UHGV virus genome: UHGV-0207793
Direction: 5' to 3' (one strand)
DNA length: 46,626 nucleotides
Origin: a virus
In this document: in pieces, positions 15,816 to 24,897 of the stretch
How the letters are laid out: each line of letters begins with the position of its first letter
Position numbering within the stretch: the first letter of the stretch is position 1
Notes under the pieces: generated by a model
What the model saw: the letters and a program-made list of their open reading frames with translations, nothing else
What the model was told of the DNA's origin: nothing
Database searches by the model: none
Position numbers and translations under genes: made by a program

Positions 15816-18417
15816 CTTGCGCTTTACGACTTAATCCAAATGTCTGCTGCATCTGAGAGGATACCGGGCCGCCTCTTTCCATGTCGGTGATCAGTAAGTC
15901 CACCACCGCACTACCGTCCTGCATGTAGCCGTTGGCACTCTGTACGGTGGCGCCGGTAGACTGGTTGATGACGTTCACCTGCACGCTGATCCCTCCTCCT
16001 GACTGCATATCCTTATTGCTGATGACCTTCCCGTTATCGCCAGGGATCATGTACTGCTTGCCGGTGCTGGCCTGGTAAATCTCTGGCTTGCCTTTCTCGC
16101 CGATCTGGTACAGGCCGCCGGCTGAGACCGGTCCGCCATTGTAGCGAGCGCCGGCAAGCGCAAGCCCACTGGCAAGCCCAACTGTCGAACTGATACCAGC
16201 TGCAGCCGGACCAGCGTTAGCACCGAACGAGGCGAGCGATGCCATCGCGGCCGCCGGAGCCCAGGCTGATGCGGTAGTTGCCGCCAGCCCGACTGATGTC
16301 GCCACCGATGCAGCGCCAAGCGTCTGACCGAGGATGTAGTTTTTCAGCGCTTCGATGCCCACCTGGACAATGCTGTTGATCACGCTGTTCAAGATGGTGT
16401 TGCCGAGCGACCGCATCGCCTCCTGCGCTGACATTGTGCCGGTTAGCAGGCCGGTGATTGCATTGGAGGCATTCCCGCTAAAGGCATCCACCGCACTCGT
16501 CAGCATGTTATAACCGAGGCTCTGCTGGCTGAGGATTTCCCATTGAGCTGCGATCCGCTGCTGCTCATACTGCCGGTCAGCGGCATTTTTCAGCGCTAAT
16601 GCATTCTCATGGGCGAGAACTCCTTGTTGCTCGAACTGCTGAATCAGCGCCAGCTCCTGCGCGTGCTGGTTGGCCAACTGCTGCACCGGGTCAACTTCGG
16701 CAAGTGCCTGCTGGGTGGGGTTAACCACCTGCTGCGAGCGTATTTTGGCAAGGTTGGCCTGATGCTGCTGCTCCATCTGCTCAGTGGCTGCGTTGTACTC
16801 CTGCAGATCAATCTTCCCGGCGTTCAGCGCCGCTTTCAGGTTCTGCATGGATTCAGCGTAGGATTTATTCTCAGCCTGTTCCGGAATGGCATTAAGCGCC
16901 TCTGTTACCCCCTTCGCCGCTGCGGCTGCATCCCATGCGGCTGCTGCGTATTTGCCTGCTTCCTGGATTTGAGCCTGAGTAGCTGATTTACCGAGAGACT
17001 GCTGCGCACGCAATATCGCCTGCTCACGGCTCAATTCCTGAGTTGAGTCCGCTGCAAGCTCAGACTGCTGGCGAAGGTTTTCGAGTTTTTGGGCAATAGA
17101 ATCTGCGGTAGACGCCGACTGCTTCCCGGCTTTGTCGCTTTCCTTCCTCGCCTCCGTAACCCGATAGGTTTCGGCGTATTCGTCCTGCAGCGCTTTTATT
17201 CGCTTCGGATCGGTCACCCCAGCATCAGCTGCATCATATTGGGCCTGAAGCCTGGCTCGCGCCTCACCCTCAAGTTTGGCCAATGCAAGACGGCGCTCAG
17301 AGTTTTGAACCAGCTTCTTGGTTGCGGCGTCATCACCTTTGGTCGGCGGCGCATTAAACTGGTTGCTTCCGGCGTCCTTCTGAGCCTTTGCTCGAATGTG
17401 GGCTATTTCCCCCTCGATCTGCTTCAGCTGCACTGCTGCCTGCGCCCTTCTGGACTGAAAAACTGAGTCAGTTTCATACCATCTCTGGCCGTCTTTCAGC
17501 TCATTGTTCAGATCCTGCTGGAGTTTGATCAGCTTCGGCATTCTTGAAGAATCGCCGACATTGTTGTTGTAGTAATTGAGGTTATCCGCGACGCTCTGCA
17601 TTAATCCTGCAAGGGTCGTGGTCAGGCCTATTGCCTGGTTCAGGTCGTTAATAGCATTTTTGAAGGCCACATCGAGGCTGTTCTTTGCGCGATCAATGCT
17701 GACCGGCATTTTTTCAAATTCAGCGTTAACTGACCTGGATTGGCTTTGAATAGCATTGAGTGCATCTTGTGCAGTAAGTTTTCCCTCTAGCATTCTTTTA
17801 CGCAGATCGCCGATTGAAATCCCTAAGCCAGCTGCTATTTGCCTTGCCAGTTCTGGCATCTGCTCAATTACTGAGTTGAATTCTTCCGCTTGTATAACGC
17901 CTTTCGCCATCGATTGGCCAAACTGGCGCAAAGCGTTACTCATCTCTTCAGCAGATGACCCTCCTATCGTCCCAATCTTTTGAAGAGTGGCTGTCAAAGA
18001 TAGAACTTGAGCATTGGTTGCCCCTGTTTCCTTGAGAGAGGTTGTTAAAGATTCCCATAATTTTTCCGTCTCATAAAGCCCGCTTCCTGTTTGTGATGCA
18101 ATAGCAGATAAAGAGGCTAAAGTATCTTTAGCTGCATCAATACTGGGGCTTAACCTAGCTATCCTCGCCTGTAGCGTAACCATCTCGTCGCCGATGGCGA
18201 TAAGCTTCTTCGCTGCATCAATGGTGAAAGCTGCTGCAATGGCAACGCCAACCTTGTTTAAAGCACCTTCAAACCGCCCGGCAGATCGTGACGATTGCTC
18301 AAACTTAGAATCCATCTGATCAAGGCGCTTATTAACCTGCTGCTGGGCTTCGATAAGTCTGGCGACATTCATCTCTACTTCGTAAACGATATTGCCAACC
18401 TGTTCAGCGCTTGCCAT
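15805..18417 (-). CDS. tail tape measure protein
   Basis: about 870 aa, Ala/Gln-rich coiled-coil, upstream of M/L/K; start taken as ATG at 18417 after GGAGGAAAC. Confidence 0.85.
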   Translation of the reverse strand: MASAEQVGNIVYEVEMNVARLIEAQQQVNKRLDQMDSKFEQSSRSAGRFEGALNKVGVAIAAAFTIDAAKKLIAIGDEMVTLQARIARLSPSIDAAKDTLASLSAIASQTGSGLYETEKLWESLTTSLKETGATNAQVLSLTATLQKIGTIGGSSAEEMSNALRQFGQSMAKGVIQAEEFNSVIEQMPELARQIAAGLGISIGDLRKRMLEGKLTAQDALNAIQSQSRSVNAEFEKMPVSIDRAKNSLDVAFKNAINDLNQAIGLTTTLAGLMQSVADNLNYYNNNVGDSSRMPKLIKLQQDLNNELKDGQRWYETDSVFQSRRAQAAVQLKQIEGEIAHIRAKAQKDAGSNQFNAPPTKGDDAATKKLVQNSERRLALAKLEGEARARLQAQYDAADAGVTDPKRIKALQDEYAETYRVTEARKESDKAGKQSASTADSIAQKLENLRQQSELAADSTQELSREQAILRAQQSLGKSATQAQIQEAGKYAAAAWDAAAAAKGVTEALNAIPEQAENKSYAESMQNLKAALNAGKIDLQEYNAATEQMEQQHQANLAKIRSQQVVNPTQQALAEVDPVQQLANQHAQELALIQQFEQQGVLAHENALALKNAADRQYEQQRIAAQWEILSQQSLGYNMLTSAVDAFSGNASNAITGLLTGTMSAQEAMRSLGNTILNSVINSIVQVGIEALKNYILGQTLGAASVATSVGLAATTASAWAPAAAMASLASFGANAGPAAAGISSTVGLASGLALAGARYNGGPVSAGGLYQIGEKGKPEIYQASTGKQYMIPGDNGKVISNKDMQSGGGISVQVNVINQSTGATVQSANGYMQDGSAVVDLLITDMERGGPVSSQMQQTFGLSRKAQGAY

Positions 18418-18468
18418 GTTTCCTCCGGGCATAAAAAAACCCGCCGAAGCGGGTTTGCTTTATTTTTA
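18415..18468 (-). repeat. terminator + RBS + start cassette (copy 2)
   Basis: catgtttcctccgggcataaaaaaacccgccgaagcgggtttg, near-identical to 15765-15815. Confidence 0.5.
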
Positions 18469-18473
18469 GAAAA

Positions 18474-18989
18474 TTATATCTTGCCTTGAAGTTTGTATTG
18501 TAAATATTTTAACTTTGATGAGAATCCAGAATTAATTTTATTACCTACTGATTCGATAGTAACGTCAACGGAAGGCAATGCATTACCATCAATTATCACA
18601 GACTCAAGAGAGGCCCAATCCTCACTGAAAATATTGTATTCACATTTACCCAAACCTTTTAGTTGTACTCCAAAAGCATTGCTTGCCTGAAAATCCACAA
18701 ATATATCGGCGTTTTTAAGCGTAAAAAGCCCGTTTCTCACCCCATCGCGCAAAGACTCAACCTGAAGGCTTTCAATCTTTTTGTTAAGTTCTTCTCCTGA
18801 CAGCTGCTTAGAGCTGATAAGGGCCTTTTCCATCGAGTAGGAGGACGGTGATTTCATTCTCGATTTGATTATTGAGCTACATGCTTCTGTCATTGCTGCG
18901 TTTTGAGCATACCGAGTCGGTACCAATGCGATTGCGGCAACAATGCCACCCATTACAACTAACAAACCGAAAACAATAAGCTTCTTCAT
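18474..18989 (-). CDS. AT-rich moron: signal-peptide-bearing secreted/periplasmic protein of unknown function
   Basis: MKKLIVFGLLVVMGGIVAAIALVP signal-like N-terminus from internal ATG; AT-rich; own terminator downstream. Confidence 0.5.
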   Translation of the reverse strand: MKKLIVFGLLVVMGGIVAAIALVPTRYAQNAAMTEACSSIIKSRMKSPSSYSMEKALISSKQLSGEELNKKIESLQVESLRDGVRNGLFTLKNADIFVDFQASNAFGVQLKGLGKCEYNIFSEDWASLESVIIDGNALPSVDVTIESVGNKINSGFSSKLKYLQYKLQGKI

Positions 18990-19088
18990 ATCCCTATCCC
19001 CATCAGTAAATGATGCGGCAATCCTATCAGGTATGCGGGGGAACGACAAAACCCTCCGAAAAAGGTTTGATTTTTAAGTGTTATTGTT

Positions 19089-19499
19089 CTATTGGGCTAC
19101 GTAATCATGTTCTGCAACAATATCATTACGGTAGTCGGATAGAATCCTCAATGCGAAGGCTGTTTCATTCAATTGGGCGTCCCCCATTGCTGCAAGTACT
19201 GTAAGTTTGACCAACTCGAATGAAGCATTTAGCTCATACCCGTTTCCCAATAAGAAAATGCTGGCAGCTTGGAATGCGGTTCGCTTATTTGCATCGTTAA
19301 ATGCGTGAGCCTTGGCGATAGCAATCAGATACATAGCAGCAAAATCAAAGATATCTTTGCATCCTTCATACTCAGCCAAAGTTTCAATTCGGAACAAAGC
19401 CCCACCAAGCTTATCTTCATCAGGAGGTCCACTCATAGGTAGGGTAGAGCGCTGAATTTCGATAACCTGTTCAGTGGTCAGAAACGCAATCTCATCCAT
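19089..19499 (-). CDS. doc: Doc (death-on-curing) toxin, Fic/Doc family
   Basis: AHAFNDANKRTAFQAASIFLLGNG matches P1 Doc GHIFNDANKRTALNSALLFLRRNG. Confidence 0.8.
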   Translation of the reverse strand: MDEIAFLTTEQVIEIQRSTLPMSGPPDEDKLGGALFRIETLAEYEGCKDIFDFAAMYLIAIAKAHAFNDANKRTAFQAASIFLLGNGYELNASFELVKLTVLAAMGDAQLNETAFALRILSDYRNDIVAEHDYVAQ

Positions 19500-19828
19500 T
19501 ACTTATCTTCCAGAGCTTTGATAATTTTGGCGTGCTTCTTCTTGGTCCGCTTAAGAGCGTCCTCAAAAGCATGGGTCGATAAAGTACCAGCAATTACCGA
19601 GCCAACTACCGGAACGATTTTTGTGAAGTCATCGTCACACTCACGATACTTTATCTCTTTGGACATAGTAGAATCGACAAGGTGACAGCAAGCATTCTTC
19701 GCACGCCATCCATTTAAGACAGTATCGGGTTTTCCTCGCTGCGTAACGACAACTGTTTCCCCATCCCGGATTGCATCCAAAATGTCAGAAAGCTCTGCTC
19801 GCATCTGGGTATAGCTGATTTTGCGCAT
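19499..19828 (-). CDS. phd: Phd/YefM-family antitoxin (with C-terminal extension)
   Basis: N-terminus ISYTQMRAELSDILDAIRDGETVVVTQRGKP is YefM/Phd-like; TAATG coupling to doc. Confidence 0.7.
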   Translation of the reverse strand: MRKISYTQMRAELSDILDAIRDGETVVVTQRGKPDTVLNGWRAKNACCHLVDSTMSKEIKYRECDDDFTKIVPVVGSVIAGTLSTHAFEDALKRTKKKHAKIIKALEDK

Positions 19829-19842
19829 ACATCACCTCATCT

Positions 19843-19858
19843 CTTGTACATGTACAAG
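19843..19858. promoter_or_regulatory. perfect 16-bp palindrome CTTGTACATGTACAAG upstream of phd, putative Phd/Doc operator
   Basis: located 15 bp upstream of phd start. Confidence 0.45.
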
Positions 19859-19900
19859 TTAGCATATGGCGATCAGAATTTATAGTAGATGAGGAAATTG

Positions 19901-19936
19901 AAACCCCGCTGGAGCGAGGTTTGGTTTTCGAAGCAC
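19901..19936 (-). repeat. degenerate third copy of the terminator cassette (aaaccccgctggagcgaggtttggttttcgaagcac)
   Basis: about 80 percent identical to copies at 15781-15815 and 18435-18462. Confidence 0.4.
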
Positions 19937-19966
19937 TAATTAGTGCTTAGATTTATTCTCAGATAG

Positions 19967-20710
19967 TTAGGCTACATCTGCGCCATGGATCAGGTGGCGC
20001 AATGCCTTTACACCTTCTGCATTGTAGCGGAACGCCTCAACCTGCTTATCTGAGTGTCTCGACTTATCCAGAAAGAACTTGCCGTACTGCTCTGTTTTCA
20101 GATTGTGTTTATTAGCCACGCGACCGATCTTGTTCGCTGTGCAACCAAGCTGCGCCGCCACTTCACCCGCCGTAGAGTAATGCTCTTCAATCGCTGGCAG
20201 TGGCACAACTTCGTGACCGAGAAGCGGGTTAACAAGGGTGGCAACGATCACCTGGTTAGCCGATTCACCAAGCCGAGGGAACATTGACATCAACTCCCGA
20301 GCCGATGCGATGTTTTTCTCCAGCGCCTGAGCTTTCAGTTGCTCTGCTTTGGCAAGCCGATATTCAGTAAGCCCTGAGGTACTTTTGGTCGGCACCTGGA
20401 TAGCCTGCATGTCTTCCAGCTTATCAACCAAAGAGCGGCGAACAGCCTTAGATTCGCGTGCTGCCACGCGCAGTGCCTGCTTGATGGACATTTCAGCGAT
20501 TTCAATTTCAGCGCCGTTTTTATGACCTACAAAAATTTTGTAGGTCTCCCCCTCTAATTCATCGTGAATGCGCTCGATAAACACATTGTTGCGAACCGGT
20601 TTCTCGCCGCATTGCTTGCGGGCCTGGTTGACCATTTCAAGCAGTGACTGGCTGTCAATAGTTTTATCAGTGACAATTGAACCTACATTTGCTACATTCT
20701 TAGAAGTCAT
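19967..20710 (-). CDS. antirepressor-like protein (Rha/KilA-C-type regulatory protein)
   Basis: 247-aa ORF after Bro-N antirepressor; C-terminal region typical of phage antirepressors. Confidence 0.5.
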   Translation of the reverse strand: MTSKNVANVGSIVTDKTIDSQSLLEMVNQARKQCGEKPVRNNVFIERIHDELEGETYKIFVGHKNGAEIEIAEMSIKQALRVAARESKAVRRSLVDKLEDMQAIQVPTKSTSGLTEYRLAKAEQLKAQALEKNIASARELMSMFPRLGESANQVIVATLVNPLLGHEVVPLPAIEEHYSTAGEVAAQLGCTANKIGRVANKHNLKTEQYGKFFLDKSRHSDKQVEAFRYNAEGVKALRHLIHGADVA

Positions 20711-20782
20711 TCGACATTCCTTATGTGGTAGTAAGGGTGTGACATAAGCCGCCAGCTGTAACTGGCGGTTTTTCTTTTTGCA

Positions 20783-21487
20783 TCATTGCAACATCTCCTG
20801 ACGCAGGTGTGGTAATACCCTGCTCCAGTTATCATCCTTCCATGGGTGAAATTCGATATGCGCTGTCTCGCGCTTGATTACTTCTCTTGCCTTGTTAATC
20901 GATCTCGGATACTCCTGACCGATCGAATGAAAGTGTCCTGCCTGGCGATGCTCTGCCACTCTCAGTAAAGGTGTGACGCTATTGCAGGCTTTGAGCATGA
21001 CGTCGCTGGCCCGCCATAACCATGCCAGAGAGCAAAGATCTTCGTCACTGAACTGCTTCGCAATCGGCGAATGCGCCACTTCCCGATCCAGAATATCCAG
21101 CACCCAGCGGCGGAACTCTTTGGCCTTTGGCGTGCGAGCAAACATCGCTACAAGATGGGCGCCACGCAGAGAAAAAACGCGCGCTTCCTGCTTTCCTGAA
21201 GGGGTGGTCAGTTTGACCACCCCTGTCATTTGTGCTGTAAATTCATCAGCATGGCGTGAGTAGATGCGCTGCACGGCTTTATCGTCAGCGTACTCCAGAG
21301 CCTGACCAACCTCAGCAGCCGTAAGCCAGACCTGACCGCCCATTTCCATATATGAAAAATTGGTATTGTGGAAACTTAGCTCTTTGTTCTGTACAATATT
21401 CATGTCGATATTTCCTTTCCGGGATTTGTTCGATAAGGAGCCCTGACTATCGCAAGTAGTTAGGGCTTCGTCGTTTTTACTGACCAT
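20783..21487 (-). CDS. ant: antirepressor Ant (Bro-N domain)
   Basis: Bro-N signature region FHNTNFSYMEMGGQVWLTAAEVGQALEY...RVFSLRGAHLVAMFARTPKAKEFRRWVLDILD; follows arc-like gene. Confidence 0.7.
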   Translation of the reverse strand: MVSKNDEALTTCDSQGSLSNKSRKGNIDMNIVQNKELSFHNTNFSYMEMGGQVWLTAAEVGQALEYADDKAVQRIYSRHADEFTAQMTGVVKLTTPSGKQEARVFSLRGAHLVAMFARTPKAKEFRRWVLDILDREVAHSPIAKQFSDEDLCSLAWLWRASDVMLKACNSVTPLLRVAEHRQAGHFHSIGQEYPRSINKAREVIKRETAHIEFHPWKDDNWSRVLPHLRQEMLQ

Positions 21488-21662
21488 TCATGCGCTCCTC
21501 ACGCAGGCTTTTTGCCAAACGCTGCACAATTGCAGAGTTAATCGATATCCCATCCATTTCAGCCATACGGCGGATCTCTTCCTTCATTCCTTCTGGCAAA
21601 CGCAATTGGAAGCTAGAGCTTTTTCTTTCTGTATATAAAGTATCCATATCAATCCTCATCAA
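21477..21662 (-). CDS. arc: Arc-like ribbon-helix-helix repressor
   Basis: 61 aa; FQLRLPEGMKEEIRRMAEMDGISINSAIVQRL resembles P22 Arc FNLRWPREVLDLVRKVAEENGRSVNSEIYQRV. Confidence 0.6.
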   Translation of the reverse strand: MMRIDMDTLYTERKSSSFQLRLPEGMKEEIRRMAEMDGISINSAIVQRLAKSLREERMNGQ

Positions 21663-21664
21663 TC

Positions 21665-21679
21665 ATGTCACCGTGACAT
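21665..21679. promoter_or_regulatory. 15-bp perfect palindrome ATGTCACCGTGACAT in the arc/mnt divergent intergenic region (immI operator-like)
   Basis: further half-palindromes TCACTGTGACT and TGATATCA follow. Confidence 0.45.
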
Positions 21680-21740
21680 GATATCACTGTGACTCAATTT
21701 ACGGATAATGTCAATGTGATATCATCAAGAAAAATTTGAG

Positions 21741-22052
21741 GTGCTTATGTCAGATAAACCAGTCCGTGAATACGATAAATTCATGCTCCGTTTCCCAGAT
21801 GGCATGCGCGATGCCATAGCCGAACGCGCCAAGGCTAACGGCAGATCAATGAATTCGGAGATCGTCAGTATTCTCGAGGAAAGATTGTATTGTGGTGATG
21901 GCGATCTCGATGATATGGACGTCAATGAAATGCTGGAAGTCATAAAAATGCAGCGTGATCTTTTGAAGAAATACAGTGAATTAGTTGAAAGAGGCTCTAA
22001 AACCCTTCAGGAGATCTCAGAAACTCTTAAGAACAACAAAAAGTCCACCTGA
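21741..22052 (+). CDS. mnt: Mnt-like RHH repressor
   Basis: FMLRFPDGMRDAIAERAKANGRSMNSEIVSILEE resembles P22 Mnt FNFRMPMEVREKLKFRAEANGRSMNSELLQIV; divergent from arc/ant. Confidence 0.65.
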   Translation: MLMSDKPVREYDKFMLRFPDGMRDAIAERAKANGRSMNSEIVSILEERLYCGDGDLDDMDVNEMLEVIKMQRDLLKKYSELVERGSKTLQEISETLKNNKKST

Positions 22053-22224
22053 ATGTTAAAGAGCGACCGGAAAGGCCATTAAACCGCCTGCTGCCGCTAC
22101 TGTAAACATTTCATTTTCTATCAATTACTTAAGTACGATTACTCACGATTAGATACGATGAATCATGAGTAGATATGGTGAGTTCGAGGTATTTTGTGGG
22201 CATCAATTAAATAGCACTAATTGC

Positions 22225-22254
22225 AAAAAAGCCCACCTGAGTGGGCTGTCTTTT
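22225..22254. terminator. bidirectional intrinsic terminator (gcccac-ctga-gtgggc flanked by A6 and T-run)
   Basis: downstream of mnt on + and of the HNH gene on -. Confidence 0.55.
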
Positions 22255-22257
22255 AAG

Positions 22258-22835
22258 CTATTCAGCCCTTGCAAGCTCAATGGCTTTGATGTTTATGTCA
22301 ACCTTCTTTTGAGCATATGAGCCGTGATACTTTAGCGCGCCCGCGTTGTATGCAAGAGCCGCCTGTATTGGGCAGTCGAACATACCTAAACGTATGTTTT
22401 TCTTATTGTGCGCAACAACTGCCATCCATTTAGCTTCCCGTGACGCCCAAAAGACACCGATAAAACCAGAGCTATTGTTTTTTTGCATGCCAACATTAGA
22501 CATGTTTTGGCTTCTGTTGACACACCGTAGGTTTTCTATGCGGTTGTCACACTTATTGCCATTAATATGATCCACATCGCCTTCAGGCCATAACCCATGA
22601 TGCATGCACCATATAACCCTATGGCAGAGGTGATGCTTCTTGTTCACACGGACATATAAATATCGTCAGTTCAACGAGCTGGACGCCTCCTTTCCGGTAA
22701 ACCTGCCATTAAATCGGTTCATAGCGACTTCGCTAGTGAAATGATGGATTGGACGGCGTCTCCAGGAAAGCAATCCTGTATCAGGAGCATAATCAAAGCA
22801 TTCTAAAAGATAGCGCTGACTTAAATGGTCATTCA
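22258..22835 (-). pseudogene. HNH homing endonuclease with AP2 DNA-binding domain, interrupted by an in-frame TGA at about 22666-22668
   Basis: N-terminal fragment MNDHLSQRYLLECFDYAPDTGLLSWRRRP (HNH_3-type N-terminus) runs to SSSLN-stop and continues in the same frame into RYLYVRVNKKHHLCHRVIWCMHHG...DHINGNKCDNRIENLR (HNH), then the AP2 domain GFIGVFWASREAKWMAVV. Confidence 0.5.
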
Positions 22836-22906
22836 TTCTAAACCTCGTAGCAGGTTCCGTAGATGGCAGGTGCGCCAGAGCGGTCTACGTTCCGCCTTTT
22901 CGGGAG

Positions 22907-23623
22907 CTACCCTAGACGCTTGTTCATTTTACCAGCTTCTTCAGCCGCAAGCATTGCATTCCAACGTTTATCATCCTCACTCATTACGGAGTCAAACTCC
23001 TCTCTGGTGAAGCCCTTTTGGTTTGGATATTTAGCATTCAGAAGTAAGCTGAATTCTGTCATCGTGAGGTTCTCGGCCTCTTCCCGGCTTATGCCGAAAT
23101 GGTTGCGGGCCGCCATGATGTAGTCGGCTGCGCGGAATTCTGCGGTTGTCTCATTCGTTTCGTAACGCTGCAGCTTACGCACCTTCGCTTTGCCGATAAT
23201 GCCGTGCATCATCAGGTTTTGCGCGACGATGACCATGCTTTCTGGCGGCATGCTGCCCGGGCGCCACACGAAGCCACGCTTGCGTGATTTCCCCGGCTTC
23301 ATCCAACCAACCAGATCGCCGATATCATCGTCACAACATGCTGTCAGTACCGTGTGAGCAGCCATGATCGCTTTGCGTGACAGGAGCCCGCTTTGCATAA
23401 ACCGCAGGACGCAATCAGGAAGGCGGCTGTACTCATCGCGGATATAAGCCTCGGCTGCGCGCTGCGCGAATGATGTCGTCTCGTCGTTGCACAGGTCATA
23501 GAACGCCTGAACAATCTCCTCGGGCTCACCGATTCGCGCCATGTTGCGAAACGACGGCCGGAAAAAGAATTCCCGGTCACCGGTACCGATAACGCATTCG
23601 CCTAATTCTTTAATCGGGGTCAT
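22907..23623 (-). CDS. putative tail assembly chaperone (G/T-like)
   Basis: position between major tail and tape-measure genes; C-terminal FGISREEAENLTMTEFSLLLNAK T-like segment. Confidence 0.4.
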   Translation of the reverse strand: MTPIKELGECVIGTGDREFFFRPSFRNMARIGEPEEIVQAFYDLCNDETTSFAQRAAEAYIRDEYSRLPDCVLRFMQSGLLSRKAIMAAHTVLTACCDDDIGDLVGWMKPGKSRKRGFVWRPGSMPPESMVIVAQNLMMHGIIGKAKVRKLQRYETNETTAEFRAADYIMAARNHFGISREEAENLTMTEFSLLLNAKYPNQKGFTREEFDSVMSEDDKRWNAMLAAEEAGKMNKRLG

Positions 23624-23690
23624 AGTCGCTCCATAAACAGTATCAAGGGCGCAGAACGCCCTTTGTACTATTCACGAAATGGCTTGGTGG

Positions 23691-24455
23691 TTAACTGATA
23701 GTGACCGTGCAGGATGCAGACGTGATCTTGACTGGTGTCGCGGAAGAATCGGTAACTTCACAGGTATAGGCCCCGGCATCACCGGAAACAGCGCTGGCCT
23801 TGTTGAAGGTCGCCGTTGTTTGCCCGCTTACAACCGTGCCGTCTTTCTTCCAGACGTAGGTGTAAGGCGAAGTGCCACCCTCAACCACGACCGACATATT
23901 CAGCGCCGATCCGGCCGTCACGCTCTTGGTCGTCGGCAGGTTGGTGGTGAACGCCAGCGCCGGCGGAGCGACCTCAAATACCACGGAGTCTGCATCAGCA
24001 ACTTTCCACTCCCCAGAGAAGGTCGAAATATCCGAGGTGCCGAAATCACCAGACCAGGATGTGGTGTTGAAGTAGCCCATGATATAAGTGCCAGCGTCTT
24101 CACCAGTGAAGTCGAAGCGAACCCATACTGTCGGCTGACGGCCGGCCTGCACTTCATCGAAAATATATTTCGAGATGGCAATAGCGCCGACTTCCGTCGT
24201 CTTGTCCTTCTTGCGGAATTCACCTTCTCCGGAGATGGTGAAGTCCATATTGTTGACCAGGTTCTCAACCAGCCCCTTTGTATCGTCAGCCTCAGAGGAG
24301 ACGGTATTCATGGAGTAGTCGAAGCCCTTGGTGGTCATGGCGCCGAGTCGCTTCCATTCGGAAAGCGCAGGAACCGTATCAGCACAGCCAAAAGCCATGC
24401 GGAGCACGGCCACCTTACCAATCAGCTTGCCGGTGTCATTAGCGCAGCCTTGCAT
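23691..24455 (-). CDS. major tail protein with C-terminal Ig-like (Big_2) domain
   Basis: 254 aa; C-terminal TSPYTYVWKKDGTVVSGQTTATF...GAYTCEVTD Ig-like repeat. Confidence 0.7.
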   Translation of the reverse strand: MQGCANDTGKLIGKVAVLRMAFGCADTVPALSEWKRLGAMTTKGFDYSMNTVSSEADDTKGLVENLVNNMDFTISGEGEFRKKDKTTEVGAIAISKYIFDEVQAGRQPTVWVRFDFTGEDAGTYIMGYFNTTSWSGDFGTSDISTFSGEWKVADADSVVFEVAPPALAFTTNLPTTKSVTAGSALNMSVVVEGGTSPYTYVWKKDGTVVSGQTTATFNKASAVSGDAGAYTCEVTDSSATPVKITSASCTVTIS

Positions 24456-24513
24456 GTATGCCTCTCAATTAAAAAAGGCCGCCATATGGCAGCCTGATGG
24501 GTGATTCTGACGA

Positions 24514-24897
24514 TTATTCGCCGTATGTGCAGGAGACGAGCAGCCGGGTTACTAACCGGCCCTCTTCGGTGGGGATCGGCGCCGGTACATTACCGACAAG
24601 CCGCAGCGCGCCAACGCAATCATCGGCGCCGGATTGCGCGCCGATATACTCGACAATGGCGTTTACCGCGGCGTCAGCAGCATCGGGATTGGCCTTCGAG
24701 GAGATCACATCAACCATCACATACCAGTCTCCGCCGCGGTCGTACTCAATATTGGTACCGCCTGAAGGCCGGAACACGATGAACTGGTCCGTGTCTTTCC
24801 CGGTGTCGCGCCATTGCCGCCACTGGACCTTAAACCCCGCGGTAAGCCCCTCAGCCACAAACAGGTCTTTGAGGCGCATATACATCGGAGGGGTCAT
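24514..24897 (-). CDS. tail completion / terminator protein (U-like), putative
   Basis: 127-aa ORF in head-tail joining block. Confidence 0.4.
   Translation of the reverse strand: MTPPMYMRLKDLFVAEGLTAGFKVQWRQWRDTGKDTDQFIVFRPSGGTNIEYDRGGDWYVMVDVISSKANPDAADAAVNAIVEYIGAQSGADDCVGALRLVGNVPAPIPTEEGRLVTRLLVSCTYGE

Noticed and set aside
16609-17466. + strand ORFs inside the tape-measure gene
   Set aside because: Antisense shadows of a long coiled-coil gene
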